Assembly: GCF_009914755.1 (NCBI RefSeq)
Contig: NC_060935.1
From: the human T2T-CHM13v2.0 reference genome, Homo sapiens
Length of the DNA: 64,000 nt
Reading direction: 5' to 3' (one strand)
The notes below the pieces were generated by a model, which saw nothing but the letters and a program-made list of their open reading frames with translations, was not told the origin of the DNA and did not search any database. A program made the position numbers and the translations under genes. Every line of letters starts with the position of its first letter. Positions within the stretch are counted from its first letter, which is position 1. Below are positions 1 to 11,076 of this stretch, piece by piece.

Positions 1-66
1 CCCACCTCCTGTGTTAATCTTGCTTGGAGCTATAGACTGGAGCTGTTCCTATTTGGTGATCTTCCG
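1..66 (-). mobile_element. 5' tip of an L1PA element (L1PA7/8-like 5'UTR) that continues left of the window
   Basis: Reverse complement resembles the L1 5' start CAAGATGGCCGAATAGGAACAGCTCCGGTCTACAGCTCC. Confidence 0.85.
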
Positions 67-72
67 TTCTCG

Positions 73-2078
73 CCACTTTTATTCAATATACTACTGAAAG
101 TCCTAGCCAGAGCAATCAGACAAGAGAAAGAAATATAAAGGATCTAAATTAGAAAAGAGGAAGTCAAATTATCTCTGTTTGCTGTGAAATTAGACCTAGA
201 AAACTCTAGAGACTCTTCCAAAAGACTCCTAGATGTGATCAATGAATTCAGTAAAATTTCAGGATACAAAATAAACCTATAAAAATCAGTAACATTTCTA
301 TACACCAATAACAAACAAGCTGAGAAACAACTCAAGAAACCAATTCCATTTATAATACCTACAAAAAATATCTAGGCATATGTTTAACCCAGAGGGTGAA
401 ATATCTCCGTAAGGAAACTACTAAAACTAATGAGAGAAATTGTAGATTATGCAAACTAATGGAAAAGTATTTCAACCTCATGGACAGGAAGAATCAAATT
501 GTTAAAATGGCAATAGTGTACAAAGCAATTTACAAATTCAATAATATTTTTATCAAACTACCAAGATCATTCTTCACAGAATTAGAAAATACTGTTTTAA
601 CATTTATATGGAACCAAAAAGAAGAGTTGGAACAACCAAAGCAATCCTAAACAAGAAGAACAAAGTGGAAGGCATCGTATTACCTGATCTCAAATTATAA
701 CACAGGCTATAGTAATTAAAACAGCATGGTACTGGTGTAAAAATAGATAGAACAATGGAGAAGAGAAAACTCAGAAATAAAGGTACATATCCACAGCAAA
801 CTAATCTTTGACAAAGTCAATTAGAGCATACACAGCAGAAAGGACAAACTTTTCAATAAATGGTGCTGGGAAAAATTGGATTGTCATATGCAGAAAAATG
901 AAACTATGTATCTTACCATATATAAAAATTGACTCAAGATAGATTAAAGACTTAAATATAAAACCTGTAACTATTAAAATCCTAGGAAAGAAATCCAGGA
1001 AAACTCCTTTGGACATCAGTGTAAGCAAATAATTCATGACTAAGACCTTAAAAGCACAAGTAAGTAAAACAAAAATAGACAAATGGAAGTTAATTTTACT
1101 AAAAGCTTCTGCACAGCAAAAGAAAAAATAAACAGTGACACACACCTGCAGAATGAAAGAAAATATTTGCAAACTATACATCTAACAATGACTAATGTCT
1201 AGAATTTACAAGGAACTTAACAACAAGAAACAACTCCATTTAAAAGGCAGCAAATGATATGAACAGACTTTTTCAAAGAAGACATACAAATGGACAAAAA
1301 GCATATGAAAAAATGTTCAACATCACTAAACATCAAGAAATGTGAATTAAAACCAAAATGAGATACCATCTCATGCCAGTCAGAATGGCTATTATTAAAA
1401 AGTCAATAAAAGTTATTGGCAGGGATGTAGAGAAAAGATAATGCTTATATGCTTTTATTGAGAATGTAAATTAGTATACCCTCTATAGAAAACTTAAAAT
1501 ATTTTGCAAAGAACTAAAAATAGAATTATCATTCGATCCAGGTACACAACTGTTGGATATCTACCCAAAGGGAATAAATCATTATATCAAAAAGATACTT
1601 GTACTTGTATGTTTATCACAGTACTATTCACAATAGCAAAGATATGGGTCAATAGAAGTGTCCATCAATGGATAATTGGATAAAGAAAATGTGTTATGTA
1701 CACACAATGGAATACATAACTTAATGTCTTATCTTAAACCACAAATATAACAAAATTATGTCTTTTGCAGCAACATTAATGGAACTAGAGGCCATTATCT
1801 TACCTGAAATAAGTCAGAAATAAAAAGTCAAATACTGCATGTTCTCACTTATAAGTGGGAGCTAAATAAAGTATATACATGGACACAGAGTATAGATCAT
1901 CAGTAGAGACTCAGAAGGGTGGGAGGGTGAGAAGGGGTTGAGGGATGAGAAATTACTTAGTGGTTACAACATTCATTATTCAGGTGATGGTTACACAAAA
2001 GCTAGACCTCACCACTATGCAATATATCCACATAACAAACTGCCCTTGTACCTCTTATGTTTATACGAATAATTAAAA
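73..2078 (+). mobile_element. Degraded L1 (L1PB/L1MA-like): 3' part of ORF2 and 3'UTR
   Basis: Frameshifted ORF2 remnants ([19 protein letters not shown]) and an L1PB-type 3'UTR ending in an A-rich tail. Confidence 0.9.
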
Positions 2079-2252
2079 GGACCATCCATTCTAAGCAGAT
2101 TCCCAATTTGAAACCATAATTAGTTACCACTGTAATTTGTTTGTTTTCTTCATTGGAGGTAACAAGATTGTACATTATTTTTCATATTCCTTAATTGTTT
2201 ACAGTCCATGTATCCCCACTCCCCTACCCACAAGAATATAAGATTCATGGGG

Positions 2253-2325
2253 ATATATATATATATACATATATATATATACATATATATACACACACAC
2301 ACACACATATATATATAATATATAT
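2253..2325. repeat. (TA)n/(CA)n compound microsatellite
   Basis: Directly visible dinucleotide runs. Confidence 0.95.
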
Positions 2326-2554
2326 GTTTTTCACAAAATTATGTCAAGTACTGAGTATAGTGTATGATACATTATAGACATTTAATAAATATTTTTATAT
2401 AAACAAGTAACATTAATTTGCTATTTAATTTAATTCTGTATAAATTCACAGTGCCACAATATTTTAGTCTCTTTAACCCAAATTATGTTGCTTGGAATCC
2501 TAGCAAAGCCCTTTTTCAGGTGCATATCCAAAATAGGTCTTTTTTTTTTTTTAT

Positions 2555-2655
2555 CTTTAGGATTGCTGTGAATGTTAAATCAGTGCTAATATATGTAAAA
2601 CACTTAGAGTAGTACCTGGTGCAGTGTGAACGCTTGAAAAAGTGATCCATGGTTA
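2555..2655 (+). mobile_element. MIR fragment
   Basis: gattgctgtgaatgttaaat...gtaaaacacttagagtagtacctggt resembles the MIR core/3' end. Confidence 0.65.
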
Positions 2656-4008
2656 TTTACCATCTTGATCTGCAGTCAGAGGGTGAACTTACTTTAATTC
2701 CATTTAGCAGGTTTTTTATCTTTTAAAGCCATTTTAGCATGCTTCCAGCCACCTCCACCCCTGATTCCTACCCCTGAACTATAAGTATGACATTTTTTAA
2801 GCTAAGGTTTTCAGTATACTTAACTGGTTTCCATGTAACCTTGCTTAGATGCAGTAATATTACAGTTATCTTCATTGGGGTGCACCCAGTTCATGTATTT
2901 TGAATCCAGAATTCACACATGGAATTCAAGTGATTTTTTCAGCCCCTATAATTATATGCACATTCTTTTGTGCAGTTTCTTTCTTTTTTTTATTTTTTAA
3001 TCTGGGATGAGGACTCTCACAGCTATCATCACACTTACTAGGGTGTCTTTGACATCCAGTGACTAGAATTGTCCCCAGGGGGGAAGGAAAAAGCACAAAC
3101 TTTCACATATGCTGTGTCTAAAGTAGTTTCAGCAAATCCTCTGAGGACTCATTCTTCAGGGGTAATTGTTGAGCATACTTTTAACAGCTTTTCCTTAATA
3201 AAGCATCTTTTTCTTGACTTCCTGAAACTGAATTTTGTGATCTAAGCCTTGTTCTCATTACAGGATGGAAAACATAATTATTTTTCTGTTTTTCTTCTTT
3301 TTTCCTGATAAACTATAGCCACTATATTGAGAGATGCTATTTATCTTTAAAGATAAAACTATTGTATTCTGACAGCACAGTGGTTTCCAAAGCAACCCAA
3401 GTAACTTACTTGGACACAGTTGTTCTTCTTTCTCACTGGGGGAGAAAGTTTCTAAGCAGCTGCTAACATCACACCTAGAGAAAATGGAATGTAAAATAAT
3501 GTTACATTTCTCTGTATTTCTACGGGCGTTGAGTCTCTCAGCAGGAGCATTTGGGACAATAAAAGAGCTATTGCCAAATGCAAAGAAACTTAATAATCCA
3601 TAAAAAGTTATAAAATATAAAATATAAACCACTGCCTTCTGAATGATAAGTCTGTGAACAATGTAGTTCTTTAGTAAAGAAGAACGTTTATATGCAAAGC
3701 AGGACAAGGTGTAGTTTCAGTGGTGCTGAGCTGGCACTATTTGAAGAAAGGGTACAAACAACCAACAGCAGCAACAACAAATACAAGAAATAAACAAAAT
3801 CTTGCAATATAGGCTCTGCCAAAATCTGCATATTTATATTTGGGGATTATTCTTTAGTTTATCCCACCTCCATTTTGAAATCCAGTGTTCTTCAGAGATA
3901 GAACACATTTAATCAATCATAACAGCTGAACTCAATCACATTTCTGCAGTTTGTTATCATTATTGATATATTGTATCTACCTCCACTCGAAGCCCACAAA
4001 TTAGCCAG

Positions 4009-4125
4009 TATAGGGCAGGAAAGATTTGTTTACTCACCCATTATTAGGTTCATGGCTGAGGCACTCATAACAAAAGAGAAATTAATAGAAGAAGATGACT
4101 TAATATAAGTTATGTGACAATATAA
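4009..4125 (-). mobile_element. MER34/MER4-group LTR fragment ending in a fold-back inverted repeat
   Basis: ggttcatggctgagg...cataacaaaagagaaattaatagaag resembles the reverse complement of the LTR end at ~13470-13563. Confidence 0.5.
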
Positions 4126-4194
4126 GAATAGTATAGTACAACAATAGTTATATTGTCACATATGACTTATATTAAGTCATCTTATTTTATTAAT
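4081..4194. repeat. Inverted repeat (core arms 4092-4125 and 4148-4183, 22-nt spacer)
   Basis: aagatgacttaatataag..gtgacaatataa pairs with ttatattgtcac..cttatattaagtcatctt. Confidence 0.95.
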
Positions 4195-4354
4195 TCAAAT
4201 TACAATTTAAATTTTAATAAGTTCATTAAGCATAAAATAATATTGAAAGAGTAAGAAATTGAGCTTTTCCCGACTTATTGTAGTAGCTCATCATTATTTA
4301 TGAAGCCCAAATTTGTCATTCATCCTACACTGAAAAGAACCACCCCATTTCTCC

Positions 4355-4527
4355 CAGTTTAAACCATATACAAATATTAAGTCAAAATGAATCACAGATG
4401 TAAATGTAAGACCTAAAACTATACAATTTTAAAAATGGAGTAAATATTTGTGATTTTTATTGAGTCAACGGTTTCTTAGTTACATCACTAAAAGCACAGT
4501 TGACAAAAGAAAAATAGACAAACTGGA
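4355..4527 (+). mobile_element. Old L1M (L1MB-like) ORF2 fragment, left part of the host interrupted by the L1PA at 4528
   Basis: ORF2-like sequence ending ...aaatagacaaactgga, which resumes as cttcatcagaatt at 7703. Confidence 0.8.
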
Positions 4528-7500
4528 GGGGTGGGACCAAAATGGCAACTAGAAGCATGGTGCTCGGAGGCTTCCATCGAAAAAACCATAACAAGTGTGT
4601 GAATCCTTCACCAGCAATCAAGGTATCCAGATTCTGTCATCAAAATGGACTAGAAGGCTGGCATGACCCACGGAGAGAAGGAAGAGCAGTGTGGTGCGGC
4701 AGCCCACCTGCGAGCCACAAGGGACGGGGGAACCCCTTTCCCCCAGCCAAAGGAGGCGATGAGTGAGCCCACTATCCAGCAGGGGAAACTGTGCTTTTTC
4801 CACTGAACTGTGCAACCCATGGATCGGAAGATCCCACTTGTGAACCCAAGCCACTGGGGCCTAGTGTCCCAACCCCAGAACACGCTGTCTTACAGCCTCT
4901 CAGCAGGAAACTCAACTCCCAGAGGGAGGGGCGACAAGAAATAGCTGCAGCCACCTGCTGCCTAAGTCATTTAAGCTCCTGGGGGAGGGGTAGCAACCGG
5001 TGCTAGGACTCACAACTGCCTAACTCCCCGTGCAGGGGAAGGGCAGCACCCATCTCTATAGCTCCAGGCTACGCTTTTCCCCTGCTGGAGCCAGGGAGGC
5101 ATAAAGGCCTAGTCCCAAGACTTCTCCCCACAGTCCAACACACTGGCTGTCATCCGTCATCTGTGGTCAGAGTGCTCATCAAGTCAGACCCTGTCCCATC
5201 CTTCCTCACTGGGTGGGGCTTCCCTGCAGGAACTCGAGTAACCCCAGGCAGAGGCTCAGCGACAGAATCTGATCTCCCTGAGTCTGAGCCCCTAGTGGGA
5301 GGGGTGGCTGCAGCCTCTGCAAACCAGCAGACTTAGCCTATTCTACTGGTAGTTCTGAGGAATCTGGGCAGCCCAGATGAGTGGGTTTTCCCCCCAGTGA
5401 AGCACAGCCCCACCACCAAAGGACAAAGTGCTTCATTAAATGGGTCCTGTTCCCTGTGGCACCAAACTATGTGAGACCCTCCAACAGGGGTTGTCAGGCA
5501 CCCTATACAGGAGCGATCCTACTGGCAACAGGATGGTGCCTCAAGATCAGAGGTCTCAAAAGAAGGAGCAGACACCCATCTTTGCTATTCTCCAGCCTCT
5601 TTTAGTGACCTCTCTAGGCACTGGAGTGAATCAGATGAATAGGGCCCGAAGTGAACCCCCAGCAAATTGCAGCAGCCTATACAAAAGAAGGACCTGACTA
5701 TTGAAAGAAAGACAAACAGGCAGAAAACAACAACAACTGCATCAACGACAACAAAAGGCCCCCCCAAAAACCCTACCCAAGGGTCAGCAGCCTCAAAGAC
5801 CCAAGCTGGACAAACTCACAAAGATAAGACAGAATCAATTTAAAAAATGCTGAAAACCCAAAAGGCCAGAGTGCCTTTTCTCCTCCAAATGATCGCAACA
5901 TTTTGCCATCAAGGGTGCAGAACTGGATGGAGGATCAGATGGATGAATTAACAGAAGTAGGCTTCAGAAGATGGTAACAAAGAACTATGCTGAGCTGAAG
6001 GAGCATGTTCTAACCCAATGCAAAGAAGCTAAGAACTTTGATAAAAGATTTGAAGAACTGCTAACTAGAATAACTAGAGAGGAATGTAAACGACCTGATG
6101 AATCTGAAAAACACAGCATGAGAACTTCGTGAAGCATATACAAGTATCAACAGACAAATCAACCAAGTGGAAGAAAGGATATCAGAGTTTGAAGACCACC
6201 TTGCTGAAATAAGACATGCAGACAAGAATAGGGAAAAAAGAATGAAAAGGAATGAACAAAGCCTTCAAGAAATATGGGACTTCATAAAAGGACCAAACCT
6301 ACAATTGATCAGAGTACCAGAAAAATATGGGGAGAATGTAAACAAGCTAGGAAATGTAAGGATGTAAGAATGTAAGGAAATGTAAGAATGCAAACAAGCT
6401 AGGAAACACACTTCAGGATATTATTCAGGAGAACTTCCCCAACCTAGCAAGACAGGTCAACATGCCAATTCAGAAAATACAGAGAACACCATTAAGATAC
6501 TCCACAAAATGCCCAACCCCAAGACACATAATTGCCGGGTCCGTCCCACACACCCGGGCTGAGCAACAGATGAAAGGAGTACTCAGACACAGGTATGCAG
6601 TGTAAGAGCAGCTAGGGGACTGCCCGCCACTAGTGGCCGAAGAATGAGCAGTCCCAAACAGCTGGAGCTGCTTGCTTTTATTCAGTACAGACATAATGCC
6701 ACAAGCCTGGAGCAAACACAGTTTGCAGGTAATTAACATTATTGTTTCCCCTTTCAGGGAGCAGTCACAGTAGAATCGCTCCTGTATAGGCTGTCTGACA
6801 ACCCCTGTTGGAGTTTCTCACATAGTTTGGTGCCACAGGGAACAGGACCCATGATCAAAGGTCAGCTTCTGGTCAACATAAGTAAACAAGCCTGTTTATG
6901 ATAAATTCCCCTACACTTCCTTGTATCTACTCCTTGCCCTCTGCCTCAGGGTCAGAGAACAGTTGCCTTCAGCTTATTCTCCCCCAAAGCTATGCAGAGG
7001 CTTCTGACCTTTCAGAAGGCCTGCTCTTTTCCCTATAGTTTATCCCACCACTCTGACTGATCTCCTACACATAATCATCAGATTCTCCAAGGTCAAAATG
7101 AAGGAAAAGCTGTGAGGTCAGCCAGAGACAAAGGCCAGATCACCTATAAAGGGAAGCCCATCAGACTAACAGCAGACCTTTCAGCAGAAACTCCACAAAC
7201 CACAAGAGATTGGGGACCAAAATTCAGCATTCTTAAAGAAAAGAATTTTCAACCCAGAATTTTATATCCAGCCAAAATAAGCTTCATAAGCAAAGGAGAA
7301 ATAAAATCCTACCCAGACAAGCAAGTGCTGAGGTATTTCATTACCACCAGGCATGCCCTGCAAGAGCTCCTGAAGGAAGCACTTAATATGGAAAGAAAAA
7401 ACTGGTATCAGCCGCTGCAAAAACACACCAAAATACAAAGACTAATGACACTATGAAGAAAGTGCATCAACTAGTGTGCAGCATTATGATGAAAGGATCA

Positions 7501-7694
7501 AATTCACACATAACAATACTAGCCTTAAATATAAATGGGCTAAAAGTCCCAGTTAAAAGACACAGACTGGCAAACTGGATAAAGAGTCAAGATCCATCGG
7601 TGTGCTGTATTCAGGAGACCTATCTTTAATGCAAAGACACACATAGGCTCAAAATTATGGGATGGAGGACAATTTAAGAAATAAAGAGAAAAAT
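4528..7694 (+). mobile_element. Old L1PA (approx. L1PA11-13): full 5'UTR, ORF1, first ~63 codons of ORF2, then an A-rich tail; TSD AAACTGGA (4520-4527 / 7695-7702)
   Basis: GC-rich 5'UTR; ORF1 remnants (ERISEFEDHLAEI, GKPIRLTADLSAET..KNFQPRILYPAK); ORF2 start atgaaaggatcaaattcacac at 7489; homology ends at 7676. Confidence 0.9.
6533..7069 (-). mobile_element. Solo LTR22-family LTR (HERV-K22/HML-5) inserted in L1 ORF1; 6-bp TSD CATAAT
   Basis: TG...CA termini; the reverse complement starts TGTAGGAGATCAGTCAGAGTGGTGGG. CATAAT at 6527-6532 and 7070-7075 rebuilds L1 ORF1 (AGACACATAATCATCAGA). Confidence 0.85.
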
Positions 7695-8721
7695 AAACTG
7701 GACTTCATCAGAATTAAATCATTTTATCTTTAAAGGAACCATAAAGTAGGAAGACAACCTGCCGAATGGAATAAACTAGTTCAAATTGTATCTAATAAAG
7801 AACTTGAATTCAGAATATATAAAGAAATCTTCCAATTCAAAAATACAAATAACCAAAATAGCAATGGGCAATAAATAAAGATTTCTTCAAATAAGATTTT
7901 TTTAAGAAAACAATTAATAAGCACAAGGAAAGGTGCTAATGTAATTTTCAATAGAGAAATGCAGATTGAAACCACATTGAGAAACCACTTTACACTCACA
8001 GGGAGAGCTGAGATTAGAAAGACAAACAACACTAGCTATAGGTAAGGATGTGAGGAAATAGGAATGTTCATTTATTGCTGATGGAAATTTAAACTGGTGA
8101 GGCTGATTTGGAGAATAGTTCATCTGTTCCTCAAAATGTTAAATATAGAATGAACATAAGGCCCAACAACTCTATTCCTAAATATGTATGCAAAAGAAAT
8201 CAAAACCCATTTTCATACCAAAACATGTACATGAATATTCATGGTGGCATTTTTCAAAATAGCCTAAAAGTGGAAGCAAACCAAATGTCCATCAACTGAT
8301 AAATAGGCAAGCAAAATGTTGTTTGTCCATAAAATGAAATACTATTCAACAATTAAAAAGAAAAAAAGTAGACATGCTACAATATGGATGAACCTTGAAA
8401 ACATGATCCAAGTGAAAGAATCCATTCATATAAGACCATATTTTTCATTACTCCATTCATGTGAAATCTCCAGAGTAGGCAAGTGCATACAGACAAAAAG
8501 TATATTTGAAGTTTCCAAATACTGGGGGGAAGGGGGAATAGGAAACGACTGCTAATGAATACAGAGATTTTTTGGGGGGAAGCGGTGATAGAACAATTCT
8601 AAAAGTAAATAATGATGAAAATTATTTAACTGAAAATGTACTAAAACCTGCTGAATTGTACTCTTTAAATGGTTAAACTTCATATTATATAAATTGCATC
8701 TAAATAAAGCTGTTATAAAAA
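7695..8721 (+). mobile_element. L1MB7/8-like 3' end (right part of the host L1M)
   Basis: Degenerate ORF2 C-terminus and L1MB-type 3'UTR ending aataaagctgttataaaa. Confidence 0.85.
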
Positions 8722-9374
8722 CACGTCCCCAGAAAAATTGGAGAAAAACATTCATGTTCATTCTTCACTCAACTTCAGCAGCCTGATATTGCTAGTCCTT
8801 TTTGCACATAAAAGACTGAGTGCACTGAAGATTATTTATCTAAGATATCATAATTGAGATTCATAATGATACCTCACATCTGAATTGTTAAATATTCTTT
8901 TAAGACAATTGAACAAATTGTAATTATAACAGGATTATTTTCTGAATTTTTAAAGTATATTTTAGTGGAAAAAATAATAAAAATTACTGTACAATGGGTA
9001 ACTTAGAGGGTGCTGAAGTAAGAAATAATGGTGTATCAGAAAATAATGATTTCACTTTAATTTCTCTATACTGTAATTAAGAAAACTAATACTTTTCAAA
9101 TATTTGTTCCCCAATAATGGTAATAGTGCTACTAATAATAAGTGTAATTATAGTGTACTTATGTGTTGGTTATTACACTAAGCCTGATACACACATGTTT
9201 GAAGTTTCTATGATGTAGACTCTATAATGTCTTCATCAAGGAGGATTATTGACATGGAACAATATTTAATGAAAAGCCGAATTAATAATCAATGACAAAG
9301 GCATTACAGAATTTTGAGCTCAAAGAGAAATAAGGGATTTTTTGTGCCTTTATAATTATAGTATTTATAGTGTT

Positions 9375-9875
9375 TATAATTGTGGCAAAACATTCAAACA
9401 GACTCAGAAATAAATAAATAAAGGCTGTGATAATCAACTTCAGGCAATAGATTTGTTTTTAAGTTAATCTAGGCATATAGCTCAATGATCACATATGAAC
9501 TTGTTTCTCTCTTTCCATTGCTGGGCCTGGCTTTCTGTGTGGTGACTCCATTCTCAGACAGGCTGTGTCCGCATGGTGGCAAGTTGTTTGGTCAGATACA
9601 TTAGGTGATTCTTTTACATTCCATGTTAGTGAAAAAGAACAAAGGCCATTATGAATAAAGTCTGGAGATTCACACTAATGATGAGTTTGCTCATAAATCT
9701 ATGATTCTATCCATGGCAATGTGTTATGTGAATTGATTTATGCTGCTTCATAAGTCCCACTCCTCAAGGTACGGAGAACTAAGAGTCATGAAGAGGTGAT
9801 GCCACAATCTAAAACTGGAGCTGCTTCCACAAGAAAGGGAGTTGAATACAGGATCCATAAACAACAAATATTTAC
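9375..9875 (-). mobile_element. Ancient MaLR/ERVL LTR remnant (MLT1-like)
   Basis: ctccattctcagacaggct...catggtggcaag motif typical of MLT1J/K on the reverse strand; highly diverged. Confidence 0.5.
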
Positions 9876-10655
9876 TCTCCTTTATTTAAAAAGTTGATGT
9901 TCTCATAATTGTAGGTTTATTCAGCATCTCACAATTGCATATCGGTAGAACAAGAACTTGAATACAGAACTTTGCACCCCTGTCTTCTCTACTTCCTCTT
10001 ATTCTACGTTTATTACTGTGAAGTATTGATGCTGGCAGACATGGTCATGATGACTGCTGAGGCAAATGTCACACTAAGGTTAGTTTATAGCATGAGAGGA
10101 AAAGTCAATTTTCAGAGTCAGAACAAGTTGAGTTTGAATAACAGCTGTGCCATGTACTACTTTTTTGGCTTCAAAAATGTGGCTTATTCCCTCTCAGGTA
10201 ATGTCAGCTGAAAACTGATGTTTCATGCTTAGCATAATTCGTAGCATTTGGAAAGTGCTTAGTAAATGTTAACCACTATTTTTGTTTTTGTTAATACTAT
10301 TGCCTCAGTTTTCTTATGTACAAGTAGGATAATCTAAATATTTGTTGAGAAGTTCAAGTAGTCTTGTACAGATAAATCATTGTCCTGGTTAATTTGCCTA
10401 TGGCAAAGATTTAGTAAATTATTTCTTAAGATTGAAATTTAAAGAGGCCAAGTTTTTTGCTGCTTCTTTTCAGTCCTTTTAAAAATCCCTGGCTTGCCTA
10501 TCCAGCACAGGCTATAGGCAGGAGTGGCATGGGTTAACATTATGGGATTACCAAAGTCAGCTCCTGCTGCTAGTGTCTGTCTCACTCCCTCTCTCATTTA
10601 TCCCTCAGATGGTTATTTGACAGCATTCCCCTTAAATGTCTTCACCAAATACATT

Positions 10656-11076
<421 letters not shown>

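Noticed and set aside
3258-3707. 149-aa minus-strand ORF in non-repeat DNA
   Set aside because: Non-ATG start, no recognisable domain, no exon or retrocopy hallmarks, and antisense to the host gene.
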